Assembly: GCF_963921235.1 (NCBI RefSeq)
Contig: NC_086097.1
Location: forward strand, 60,824,001-60,888,000
Length of the DNA stretch: 64,000 nt
DNA from: Mobula hypostoma
Taxonomy: Eukaryota
Direction of reading: 5' to 3'
Under the pieces are notes generated by a model. It was not told the DNA's origin, ran no database searches, and saw only the letters and a program-made list of their open reading frames with translations. Each line of letters starts with the position of its first letter. The stretch's first letter is position 1. Positions 11,530-23,440 of the stretch are shown here, in pieces. A program made the translations under genes and the position numbers.

Positions 11530-12840
11530 ATTAATGGTAATAGTAATTAATGAGTCCACTGCAGAAACGTTCTCGGTGAAGACCAAGGTCAAACAAGATT
11601 GTCCAACACTTTTCCCCATCCTTCTTACCACAGCCGTCCATTCTTATCACAATGTTGTGCCTCTCTTTTAACAATCTTCCTGTTGGACTGGAGCTAATCT
11701 CCAGGACCAAGGGGAAAGTGTTCGCCCCTCAACAAGCACATTTGAGAATTAAGATCGTGTAGCTGAGCTGCACTATGCAGACAAGGTTTGCATTTGTACA
11801 TATTCAAAGACATTTTCAACTCATTTATTGAAGCATATGAGTGGATAAGAACTACACAGGATAGCTGCAAGGCAAAGGTCTTCGACAAACTTGCCCTCCT
11901 ACACCACAAACAATGGACCCATGAACCTGCCTCAATATTCTGCTTTGTTTTTGCACTACTTACTTATACACAAAATAATATATATATATTATACCTCCTA
12001 TACTTAGGAAAGTGGACTCTGAGTGTATGATCCTGGTCTTCTTTTGCTGTAGCCCATCCAATTCAAGGTTCAACATGTTATGTGCATTCAGAGATGCTCC
12101 TCTGCACGTCACTATTGTAACGTGGTTACTTGAGTTATTTTTGCCTTCTTGACAGCTTGAACCATTCTGGTCATTGTCCTCTGACTTTTCTCATTAACAA
12201 GGCATTTTTTGTGCACAGAATTGCAGCTCTGTGGATTTTTTTTTGGTTTTACGCACCATTCTCTGTAAAATCTAAAAAGAGACTGTTGTGCATGAAAATC
12301 CCGGGAGATCACCAGTTTCTGACATACTCAACAATTTGTCTGGCACCAACAATCATTCCACAGTCAAAGTCACCTAGATTACATTTCTTCACTGTTCTGA
12401 TGTTTGCTCTGAACTACAACTGAACCTCTTCACCATATATCCATGCTTTTATGCATTGAGTTGCTGCCACAAGACTAGCTGATCAGATATCTGCATTAAC
12501 GAACAGGTGTACTGGTGTACCTAATTTTGTATGTTGTATCTAATATACAACATATATTTTGTTTCAATGGTACAGTGTGATACAAAAGATGTATGATAAA
12601 TTACAATTTTGTATATATATAATTGTAATTTATCATATATTTTATGTATCACACAGTACTATTGACACAAAACAACACATTCCAGCGATAATAATCCTGA
12701 TTCTGATTCTGAATCGGACGCACTTCTCCAACAATAAAGGTCCATGATAAGATTCTGAATAAATGTGGACCACTCCCACTATCTCATGAGCTACCTCTCA
12801 GTCAAGATAGACATTGAGGATGAAATTCACCACAGACAGT
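11530..12840 (+). mobile_element. Very old RTE-clade RT relic in two pieces (11530-11925, 12715-12840) separated by Rex-tail and Tc1 inserts
   Basis: Degenerate VKTKVKQDC..PTLF and NVDH..YL.S.LS...DIEDEIHHR-like motifs. Confidence 0.55.
12010..12525 (-). mobile_element. Tc1/mariner non-autonomous element (transposase N-terminal remnant)
   Basis: RFYREWCVKPKKNPQS..KCLVNEKSQRTMTRMVQA; same family as 49463-50410. Confidence 0.8.
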
Positions 12841-12852
12841 AGGTCTTCAACA

Positions 12853-12990
12853 ATAGACACAAGAGGTACTGCAGATGATGGAAATCCTGAGTGACACACA
12901 ACGTGCTGGCAGTGTTCAGCAGGTCAGTCAGCATCTATGGATGGGAACAAACAATCGATGTTTTGGGCCGAGACCCTTCATCAGGACTGG
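12853..12990 (-). mobile_element. Penelope pLTR-only insertion with hammerhead motif
   Basis: 8-bp TSD CTTCAACA (12845-12852, 12991-12998); - strand CAGTC-CTGATGA-AGGG-TCTCGG-CCC-AAAACATC-GATTG. Confidence 0.85.
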
Positions 12991-12996
12991 CTTCAA

Positions 12997-13502
12997 CAGT
13001 TTATAAAATTACTTCCTTGAATGTAGATCAAGAGGAGGAGCAGTAGGTTTCTTAGTTCTAAGGAAGTACTGATGACTGCTTCCTTATTATCTCCTCCTGA
13101 ATGTTTCAGGCTGACATCTTTGGATATCTTCTGAAGATCTTGGATCTTTGACAATGACATCTGTATGCTTGTTTCAATTATCAGGTTTACAGTTTACCAA
13201 TGGATCTTCTGTAAAATTGCCCAAGGAATGGAGAAACTGGTTTGTGTGTTGGGAAAGCCCGGGAACAAGCCCTGTGCCAGAAGATCCAACGATATCTGCT
13301 AAATGTGATCAGTGAGGAGCAGTACCAAGTATCAATTGTAGATTTCCAGGAGAAATTGGTAGCAATGATCACTATTTTGGTATGCCATCTGGAAGCAGAC
13401 AGGAGGAGATAATAGGGAAGTAGTCAACGGAACTTCCTTGCAACTAAGAAACCTGTTGCTCCACCACTGGATCAACATTCAAGGAACTAATTTTACAAAG
13501 TG
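12997..13502. repeat. Long imperfect inverted repeat (rod-like hairpin)
   Basis: 12997-13099 vs 13400-13502: 87/103 complementary, ungapped; inner arms 13137-13211 vs 13278-13352: 41/75 ungapped, including a perfect 11-mer TGGATCTTCTG/CAGAAGATCCA. Confidence 0.9.
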
Positions 13503-13546
13503 CTTTCTCTCTACATATGTCTTGCGGTCCTGTATATGCTTCATTA

Positions 13547-14535
13547 TAGAAGCATAGAAAACCTACAGCACAATACAAGCCCTTCGGCCCACAATGCTGT
13601 GCCGAACATGTGTTTAGTTTAGAAATTACTTAGAATTTATCCATAGCCCTCTATTTTTCTAAGCTCCATGTACCTATCCAGGAATCTCTTAAAAGTCGTT
13701 GTCATAGCCACCTCCACCACCACCGCTGGCAGCCCATTCTGTGCACTCACCACTCCCTGTGTAAAAAAAAAACACTTACACCTGAGATCTCCTCTGTACC
13801 TACTTCCAAGCACCTTAAAACTGTACCCTCTCGTGTTAGCCATTTCAGCCTGGGAAAAGCTTCTGACCACCAACATGATCAATACCTCTCGACATCTTAT
13901 AAACTTCTATCAGGTCACCTCTCATCCTCTGCCGTTCCAAGGAGAAAAGGCCGAGTTCCCTCAACCTATTCCCATAAGGCATGCTCCTTGTAAATCTCCT
14001 CTGCATCCTTTCTATAGTTTCCACATCCTTCCTGTAGTGAGGTGACCAGAACTGAGCACAGTACTCCAAGTAGGGTCTGACCAGGGTGCTATATAGCTGT
14101 AACATTACCTCACGGCTCTTAAACTCAATCCTACAGATGATGAAGGCCAATGCACCATATGCCTTCTTAAACCACGGAGTCAACCTACGCAGCAGCTTTG
14201 AGTGTCCTATGGCCTCGCTCCCAAAAATTCCTCTTATCCTCCACACTGTCAAGAGTCTTACCATTAATACTATATTCTGCCATCATATTTGACCTACCAA
14301 AATGAACCACCTCACACTTAGCTGGGTTGAACTCCATCTGCCTCTCTCAGCCCAGTTTTGCATTCTTTTGATGTCCCACTGTAACTTCTGACAGCCCTCC
14401 ACACTATCCACAACACCCCCAACCTTTGAGTCATCAGCCAGTGTACTAACCCATCCTTCCACTTCCTCTTCCAGGTCATTTATAAAAATCACAAAGCGAT
14501 CCCTGAGGCACATCACTGGTCACCAACCTCCATGT
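13547..14535 (-). mobile_element. CR1 3' fragment
   Basis: LADDSKVGG, LVRPYLEYCAQFWSPHYRKD, tail (TTCTATG)n. Confidence 0.95.
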
Positions 14536-15324
14536 TTATCTTGAATGTCTTTAGCCTGGAAAAAACTCAATATAGTTCATTAATACAGGTTTTGCTCATA
14601 TTGTTGTGCTAGCTAGTTACATTGGCTGAATTAGACAATGAATGGCATGTTTTTTTTCTCCTTGTTTGTGGATTGGATACTCTATGTGATTGAAATTTCA
14701 CCTTACCCTGACCTTTGACACAGTTTTTTTTTAACCATCCTCTCTCTCATATAAAAATACACCTACAGACTTGAACAGAAACCCACTGCAACTAGATCAG
14801 GAACAGAAATCTTAGAAATGGGCTTGGACTAGCTAACACCTCAGGAAAATTCATTACAGTGGAAGTTTCCACCCACATTTTCATAATAGATCTGAAACTA
14901 CTTCAAATGCAGAATTTAATTTTTAAGATTACTGTAATTGTGAGTTCTATGAAAAGATTAATCCAGGCTGCATCAATTTAGTCTTTCTAAAACTACAGCT
15001 TGATATCTTGGTATCTTAAAAACCATTCTGATTAAATAATAAATTAAAAAATAATCCTTCCATTGCACACTAGTGCTAACGTAATGATGATAAATTGCTC
15101 TGGGAGAATACCAGCTCTGGTTTTGGAGGGTTTTAGTGCCAGATGCTGAAGTAGAAATTGGACCTTATTGAACTTGTATTATGAGACAGTTTTGGACTAA
15201 TGCCAAATGCTTATTTACATCTAAATGATGTATGACTTCATATCAATATGGGTTATTATTCAGCTAGTCCTAACAACTACCTCAAAAAGGTATTGTGCCT
15301 GTAATAAAATAGATTGGAAAGCCA

Positions 15325-15752
15325 CTGACATAGACTGGGGGACCATTTTGTCAAGAAACTTCACTCTATCCGCAACAGGGAGGATTTTGTGGTGGTCTAC
15401 TATTTTAATTCCATTCCCACATGTCGGTCCAAGGCCACCTCTACTGTCACGATGAGGCCATTTCAGGGTGGAGGAGCAACACCTCTTATTCAGTTTGGGT
15501 AGCCTCCAACCTAAATGGCTTGAACATTTAATAAATAACATTGAAATGGCTCAAACTTACAGTAATTGCTCCCCTTTCTGCCTTTTCCATTCTTCATTTT
15601 GATTCTCCTCTTACCCCTTCTCCTCTCCTCACCTGTCCATCACTTCTCTCTGGTGCCCCTCCTCCTTTCTTTTCTCCCATGGTCCACTCTCCTCTACTAT
15701 CAGATTCTTTTTGCTTTAGCCCTTTATCTTTTCCACCCCTCACCTCCCAGCA
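15325..15752 (+). mobile_element. Penelope-like GIY-YIG C-terminal relic plus UTR
   Basis: Degenerate match to 10749-11100 (RLGDHF, EEQHLLFSLGSLQP). Confidence 0.8.
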
Positions 15753-17126
15753 TAAAGTGTAACTTGGGTGAATCAAACAATAAATTTTGGTGTTTAAGAT
15801 GAAAGAACAGGTTTTGTTAGACGATAAGAAAACAACCTTTTTTAATTTCTGTGCTCCTGGGTCAAAGCCCACACTCATAATCAATTGTTCACACTATGAT
15901 GAAAAGTTAGATACTTAGAAATTACATGAGCAATTTGTTTCAATGTGAAGTCTGTCTACCTGAGCTTTGCCTCTGTGCATTCAGTTCTTGTCATATTAGA
16001 TGTATGTTCAGACAAAGCATTTGGCTTCAGGTTGAACGTAGTGTCAATGGGTTGGCCAGACATGGTACTGTTACAGTGTAAGGATAATTTACTTAGTATC
16101 ATCACATGTACCTCTGTTCTTTATTAATGTATGCTGACTCATCTTTGGACAGAAAATATGTTAAATGCTAATGATGTTCAGATCAGGTTGAGTTTGCGTT
16201 TTATTTCTGAATAGACCTCAAGTTTAGTGATATTAGTTGTTATTGTGATTGGTTTTCTCTTTATAATCAATGTTCTTTATTTGCTGCCCAATATGCTCAA
16301 AATTCAATAAGTTTATTTTTCTAAATTTAATTTGCAACTTGGAACCTTTCTGGTCGGAGAGTTCAAACACCAAAGGCAAACATTTCAATATAATATAAAC
16401 CATATTAAAATTCTGAAGAAAAATATTCAGATATCCAAAAATGTGATAGATTTAGAGAAATAAACTATAACCCTGATATCAGACAATGGGAACAGTAATA
16501 AATATACTCTTGTGGTATTAGTGGAGATTTTAAAACATCTTTCTAATGGTATCCAGTAACAACTTAATTTGCATTTCCTTATTGAAAGTTGATTTTATTC
16601 AAATTTGTGATAATATTTTCACCAATAAATCAGACTTATTCACAAACTCACACAGACCTAACAATTAAGAATATAAATTTGGATGCCCAAGTCCTATTAA
16701 GGGATGACTAAACCACCTACTAAAATGTATTGTTGAGAGTTTTTACCCTTTGCTTGATATGTTGCTGTAAAGGAACCAGTTTTAACTCCAGACCTGTGAT
16801 CAGTGATAATCTGTTTCAATGTACCAGTTGAAAATCAGATGGGGCGGGGGGGGGGGGCAGAAACTGTTTTTAGAGAACAAAACTAGAATGAATCACACTA
16901 GTTTAGCGATGCAGTGACCTTTATCTTATCTTCACTGCATCATACTGGCAACTTAATTACCAGGGCCCGATTTTGTTCCAGTTGTCTGGGGAGTTGGGGG
17001 CTATGGAGAGGTGGGTGCCTACACCAGGTGTTAGTTGTTTTGAATATGTAAATAATAGCTCTGATGAGCTGGCAAGCTTCACAGTTCAGAAGTCCTGAGT
17101 AGCTTCAGTGGACTTATTTATTAAAG

Positions 17127-17226
17127 GAATGCCCCTGTGGAGCTGCAGAAAAAGAAAGCAAAGGAAGAAAGGGAGGCTGCAGAACGAATGACAGGAACTG
17201 GAACTCTCAATTTCCATGGTGCCAAG
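17127..17226 (+). CDS. Candidate host coding exon (100 nt), product unknown
   Basis: ttatttattaaag|G ... AAG|gtagtg; open frame NAPVELQKKKAKEEREAAERMTGTGTLNFHGAK; non-repeat sequence. Confidence 0.35.
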
Positions 17227-17249
17227 GTAGTGTAACCGTTATTGTAAAT

Positions 17250-18100
17250 GCTGAAATTCTCTGATGTCTTAGCAATAGTTGGGTGTATACAGGAAGGACG
17301 GGAGGATGAATACTGGGCCCTGGTGGAGAACTTTGTCAAATGATGCAAGCTGAATCATCTGCAGCTCAACATTAGTAAGACAAAGGAAATGGAGATGAAC
17401 TTCAGGAAGACCAAGCCTGCACAGCTCTTTGTTACTATTGATGGTGAGGACGTGGATATGGAGAGGACCTACAAGTACCTGGGGGTGCACCTGGATGACA
17501 GACTTGAGTGGAGCACCAACACAGAGGCTGTGTACAAGAACAGCCAGAGTCACCTCTATTTTCTGAGGAGACTGAGATCCTTTGGAGTATGCAGGCCTCT
17601 CCTTCACATGTTCTACCAGTCTGTTTTCACCAGTACAATCTTCTATGCAGTGATGTGCTAGGACAATGGCATCAACACCGGTGAAGCCAACAGACTCAAT
17701 AAATTGATTAGAAAAGCTGGCTCTGTTAAAGGAATCAACCTGGATAAACTGGAGGCTATGGCAGAACAAAGGACCCTACAGAAAATCCTGGCAAATCTGG
17801 ACAATGTTTCTCACCCTCCGCATGCCACCTTGGCTGAACAGAGGAGCACTTTTAGTCATAGACTAAGACAACTACACTGCTCCAAAGAGCACTATATGAG
17901 GTTATTCTTACCCTTGGCCATTAGGCTCTATAATGAGTCAACAAATAGCCAGTGAAGTAATGACCTCCTCCTGTTAGACTGTTTGAGGTAACTTATTTTA
18001 TAATTCTTTCTACTTCTCTTCTAATATTTATATCTGTGCACTTCTAATGCTACTGTGACACTGTAATTTCCTTTGGGATCAATAAAGTATCTATCTATCT
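17250..18100 (+). mobile_element. Rex1/Babar 3' fragment
   Basis: LQLNISKTKEM..YKYLGVHLDDRLEWS..LYFLRRLRSF; AATAAA and (ATCT)n tail; short TAAAT duplication, splits a V-SINE tail. Confidence 0.92.
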
Positions 18101-18205
18101 AAATTGTCCTGTGATTAGGTTAGGGTTAATTGGATTTGTCAGAGGTTGTACTGCATGGCTTGAAGGGCCCACTCTCTGCTGTATTGTTAAATAAATAAAT
18201 AAATT
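18101..18205 (+). mobile_element. V-SINE 3' tail fragment
   Basis: AAATTGTCCTGTGATTAGG...(TAAA)n as in 59995-60262. Confidence 0.75.
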
Positions 18206-18476
18206 TATAACACTGAAAATGCTGGGAATACCACTGTACATCAGAAATATTTATCTGTTTATTCTCTTCACAGATGTTCCTTGACCTATGAGTATTTTCC
18301 GCTTTCAATTCACTCAAGTACATGGTCTATGAAGTCATATCCATAATTCAAACAGATTGTGCTAGTGAGATCAAAGATGCATTTTTTAAAAGGTTCTTCT
18401 AATTTCAGCCTGCACTCCTGAAACTGCATCAAGTCCTGATATGAAGGTGAGCAATTTAAGTCGTCACTGCTTCTTA

Positions 18477-19063
18477 CCGTCTGAGAGCCTCTGTCAGTCA
18501 GAGTTGATCATGGATATTGTGTCCTAGCTGTCTAGATACACAAACCTGGGCAGTACGATATAGAAAGCAAGCTGCTGCCCATGCAGCAAGCTCTCCCCTC
18601 CATGGATGTGATAAATCCAAATGAGCTGCAGAGACCGGTACAGCTTGGTACCAGCAGCGTCGTAGGAGTTGTCAGTCAGCATTGAACTCAATATAGGACT
18701 GTCTTAGGGACTCCAACTCAGGATTTTTCCCTCAGGGTTTGCTCCTGAAGCCTTCCCCATGAATGAATATAATCACAAGGCAACGGAGGTTTGAGATCAG
18801 AGTTTTCCTCCTCCTAGGTGAGCTCCTAACAATAGCTGATGAGCCCCATCTGCCCAGATCAACTGGCTTTAAGGTGCCAGTAACCCACCTTTAAAGCCTA
18901 TCAGTAGAAATGGTTCTGCTGGGCTTAGTAGCTAAGCCGCACGTGAAGACCAGGAGCTGTTCTTCGTTGTCAGAGGCTTTTTGAAGTACATGCCATTGAG
19001 AGGATTTGATTGGTATAGGGAGCTTGTCCCCATTACTACATGCAGCTATAATAACCTTAAGGA
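18477..19063 (-). mobile_element. Non-autonomous RTE-related element (5'UTR/3'UTR type)
   Basis: GC-richer island with no ORF; resembles RTE 5' UTR from recall only; TCTTAC on both flanks. Confidence 0.45.
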
Positions 19064-19686
19064 ACCTCTTACTATCTTATTAATATCTAAAATCCTTTTT
19101 TCTTGGACAGTAGTAATAAACCCTTCTATGCTATTGGGAACAATGGTCAGGAAAGGGTTAAAAATCAAAAGGAAATTCATGTTTACGAGTATATTCTTCC
19201 ATTTCATGATGTAGATGTATGATGTTTATACATAAGGACGGGCTTGAGACTGAAGTGCTACAGTTGAGATCAAAACATGGGTTTTGGTGAATGGCCTAGC
19301 CTCATTAAGGAAGGAGGACAGCAATGGAGTAAAGCAAAATAAGATTTATCCTTTTCCTTTCTACACTTGTTGGTGGAGGAGCAGCAACAGCTCATTAGAA
19401 TACTGTTCTCCTCCCTGTGACATGTGGTAGATAAGAGAGAAGTCAAGAGTCCCTGATGTCTAAATTTGAATGAAGTGTACAGACCTGCAGCTTCTCTCAG
19501 CCAGTATAGATCAATTGGACAGCAGTTAGACTTGCTAAGGCAGAAAATTTTATAGATGAAGCTTCAGGGATATGGTTACATCGTGGATTCAGACTGTTAA
19601 GAGGGACAAGCAGGTAGCGTAGGAGTTCTTTGTGGCCATCTACTCTCAATCAGAAATTAAATCTGAAATAAAATTATAGATGACAA

Positions 19687-19840
19687 AGCTTACCAGCTCT
19701 TCTTTCAGTTAGTCCTGACGAAGGGTCTCAGCCTGAAACATCGACTGTACCTCTTCCTAGAGATGTTGCCTGGCCTGCTGCGTTCACCAGCAACTTTTAT
19801 GTGTGTTGCTTGAAATTCCAGCATCTGCAGATTTCCTTGT
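19687..19840 (+). mobile_element. Penelope pLTR-only insertion with hammerhead motif
   Basis: 8-bp TSD GATGACAA (19679-19686, 19841-19848); TAGTC-CTGACGA-AGGG-TCTCAG-CCT-GAAACATC-GACTG at 19710-19747. Confidence 0.88.
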
Positions 19841-19884
19841 GATGACAAGGGTTGTTGGTTCTGATACAGATGGAGAAAGTAAGG

Positions 19885-20265
19885 TATCCAAATTTTGAAT
19901 CTGGAAGGCTGCTGTTACACAAACAGAAGATCAAGGGTTGTTCCTCATGCTTAAGTTGGTCATTGTAATAGACCGACAACTCAGAGTGAAAATAGGATGG
20001 ATAACTAAAGTGGTTAACTACAGCAAACTTGGGATTGTTCATATGGACTGAATTCAGCTGCCGGAAAAAACAATCTCCTAATCTGACCTTGGCTTCTCCA
20101 GAGAAGAGAAGACCATGTTGTGAACACCAAGTGTAGTATATCAGATTGGTATAAGAGTAGGTGAATTGCTACTTTACCTTGAAATACTACCTGAGTCCCT
20201 TGATGGCGTTAACATAAGAGATCAAATGGCAAGTATTGCATCTACTGTGGTTGCATGGTGAAGTG
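19885..20265 (-). mobile_element. Old Penelope-like GIY-YIG relic
   Basis: NLIYYTWCSQHGLLFSGEAKVRLGD and AVVNHFS..LKHEEQPLIFCL. Confidence 0.7.
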
Positions 20266-20299
20266 CTATAGGAAGAGCCTTGGTTATTCTTCCTGTCCC

Positions 20300-20525
20300 C
20301 AATTCTATACCATGTCTGCCAACTCCACCCGGATTCTCCTACCACCTACCTACTGTAGGGATGATTTACAGTAAGCAACTTGCCTACACATCAACATGTC
20401 TATGGGACATTGGAGGAAACCAGTTCAACTGGTGGTATTCTACACAGCATGAAAACTCCACAATGACGGCACTCTAGGTGCCTTTTGAACCTAGCTCACT
20501 GGAGTGGTGAGGTGGCATTCCTCAG
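20300..20525 (-). mobile_element. Degenerate V-SINE relic
   Basis: Weak reverse-complement match to the V-core and tRNA head. Confidence 0.5.
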
Positions 20526-20790
20526 TGCTACTCTCACAGAACTTTAACAACATCTTCCTCTGAAATAATTCCATGGAAAGCCCTGATACTAAAATTATTT
20601 GTCCTTGCTAAGTGTTCTGTTTCTGCAATCACAAATACAATCACGTATAGATACATTAACCTAGTTTACCTATGAAATTCACTCATGATCATTCTCTGCT
20701 TCCTAGTTTATTCCAAATTGCTGCCGGTAATCTCTGACATATCCGTTTACTGTTCACTGCTGTATTACAGAAGTAGTCAAATTCCATTAG

Positions 20791-21126
20791 CCAAGGGCAG
20801 ACTTCATCGACTCTTCCTCAAACGAAGTGGTGCAGGAAGAACAGCAACAGGCAGTTGGCTTCATTCCAGCTCTCCCCAAAGTGGAAACACTTACAAACTG
20901 CTCGCATGCCATTACAGAAACCTGTCTGGGAATCTCCTGCCAGGAGTATTGGCAAAAATCCACGGACTCCTTATATAAAAAACATGTTTCCTATGGGCAC
21001 CATTCTTTTCCAGCTTATCAAGGATGTTATGATCTCCTTGAAGCAACCTCACCTTTCTCTGCAATCGAAAATCCTTTCAGCCAGAAACCTGAAAAGTGTT
21101 GTTTGCATTATAGGATGCCCCTTTAA
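20791..21126 (+). CDS. Candidate terminal coding exon, product unknown
   Basis: ttccattag|CCA; open frame PRADFIDSSSNEVVQEEQQQ...CCLHYRMPL*; phase-compatible with exon candidate 17127-17226; non-repeat. Confidence 0.25.
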   Translation, partial: PRADFIDSSSNEVVQEEQQQAVGFIPALPKVETLTNCSHAITETCLGISCQEYWQKSTDSLYKKHVSYGHHSFPAYQGCYDLLEATSPFSAIENPFSQKPEKCCLHYRMPL

Positions 21127-22374
21127 GAGCTAATTAGAAAGATCCCATTAACTATGTTAAATGATGAAGATTTTGGAGCTTGCAACACATCAATAGGGAA
21201 CACTGCTCTGAAAACAACAAGATCAAAGTGAAGCTTATTCTTACAGCACATGCACAAGTGAATGAATATGCAGGAGAACTGAAAAGCTTGATTGCAGCAG
21301 CATCACTGACACATGGCATTGGGGATAAAATATTTACACAAGATTTATTAAACATAACTTGTACAAAATTTTGCAGTAAACAAATAGAAAAAAAGCTGTC
21401 CCTGTTAGTGTAAAGCGGTCGTAGTTCTAATTCAGTGTTTTTATCTCCCCCTCCTCCATTTGAAGATGTACAACACAGTTGTTCTGTAAACTTTGCATTT
21501 GGAGTTCTCTGTCTTCATACAACATTCACCAAAGAGCATTCAGATGAGCCATTTCATTGCAAATGTCTGGAATGCAGCAATTCTTAGACTTTTAAGTAAA
21601 AATGAATGCACTTAATACATATGCATTATTGGAGTCAGTTTCCTAATTGTCTTTAACATGTAAATGATAATCACCTAGCTTGCTTCTAACAATTCCTTCT
21701 AGCCTGTACTGTTCAGGACTCACAGCTATGAGCGTATAATAGGAGCATTGCCATCCCTAATTGTGGCCAAACTTAGAATTGTTGATTCAGAATCAGGTTT
21801 ATTATCAATGTCATGAATTATGGCAGCAAAATCACAAAACATTAAAAACATTCACAAATTCTTGCATTAAGTGACAATGTGAATCCTAAAAATAAGACAA
21901 TACAGAGCTCTGAATTCCCAGGGATATGCAAGCACACTAACTAACTTGGAATCCTCACAAAACAATTGCCATCTCCTGATTGGTGTAAACCATAGCCCAA
22001 GTGGCCTAATTAACTAAATTAAACAGCAAGCAATCTGCTGATAATGATGCCAGATTGGAAAATTACATAAACATGTTTTTATATAATAGAATTAGTGAGA
22101 AAAATCCATTTGGGTTACTTCATAAAGCAAAAAAAAAATTGATTTATGTGCAATAACCGTTTTGGAAAATACTGAGAACTTCTTATCAATGACCAATTTC
22201 TTACATACTTAAGTATACCTGAAAGCCACCAATGCCTAGAAGCTGATTGTACAAAACTATTTGCTTGGTAATATCAAAATCTAAATGACTGAGAATAAAT
22301 TGAATTTGTAATCATTTCTGGTTGGAATTGTATCAGCCATGAAATTAAACCACGTGTCATTTTCATGTTCAAGC

Positions 22375-22625
22375 TACATGTCGGAGTTCGGAGTTCAATT
22401 CCAAACCTGGTTGTAGAGAGTGTGTGCTTTCTCCCTGTGAGCACATGGGTTTCCTCCACTGCTCCATTTTTCTCCCTCAATCTAAAGACATATAGATAGT
22501 CATTATAATTGTAGTTTTCCTGTGATTAGTCTAGGGTTAAATAGATGAGTTTCTGGGTGGTGTGGCTCATTGTGTGAGATGGGCCCGCTCAGCACTGTAG
22601 GACTAAATAAAAATAAATAAATAAA
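22375..22625 (+). mobile_element. V-SINE
   Basis: B box GAGTTCAATTCC; V-core TCTCCCTGTGAGCACATGGGTTTCCTCC; (TAAA)n tail. Confidence 0.85.
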
Positions 22626-23223
22626 ATATCTCTGGTTTATATGCAATGATCTGCATTTCTCAATGCTGATATATAGCTACGTGAGTTGATTGTAGCACAA
22701 CGTACATTTGATAAACCTTGACATAATTTAGACAACTGGGTCAAAGAAGTTACTATAATTTGGCAATCACTAAAATACATGAAACTCAACATGTGCCATT
22801 TAAAAGGCCCCAAGGCTTTCCAAGACCCACTGGAAATTATGCATATAATACCCAAAATTCTCCAACTATTCACACTAATAGAGATTTTTTTTTGAGAATT
22901 TAACCATGAGAATCACCTGATGAGAAACCCAGCGCTTTCTCTGCCCATGAGGAGGAAGACCTTCTCCATCAGCCTAACAAGGTACAGCATCCAAGGAACT
23001 CAACTCTTCTGTCCCTTGCAATTTCTACCTCAATGCACAATATATTGGGAACCAAATAATATTTTTTTACCACACATCATTGTGCATGATGCAAGTGTGA
23101 GGAGATGAGGGAGTATCAAAGATCATGCGCATGTCCATCCGTCTGTCTGTTTATTTCTCTACAATATAATGTTGAGTGAACCATTGAAAACAACTTGACA
23201 TACTTCACAGGATTGTGTTTGGA

Positions 23224-23440
23224 AACAACACTCACAAAATGCTGGAGGAACTCAGCAGACCAGGCAGCAACTATAGAAAAGAGTACAGTTGACGTTTCAG
23301 GCAGAGAACCTTCAGCAGGACCCAAAATGTCCACTGTATGCTTTTCCATGGATTCTGTTGGGTCTGCTGAGTTCCCCCAGCATTTTTTCTGTGAATTGCT
23401 TGGAGTTCCAGCATCTGCAGATCTTCTCCTGTTTGTAAGT
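23224..23440. mobile_element. Penelope pLTR fold-back insertion
   Basis: Inverted arms; 14-bp TSD GGATTGTGTTTGGA (23210-23223) / GGATTGAGTTTGGA (23441-23454); - strand CTGCTGA..GAAACGTC. Confidence 0.85.

Noticed and set aside
16841..16857. G-run as a G-quadruplex element
   Set aside because: Simple homopolymer run with no supporting context
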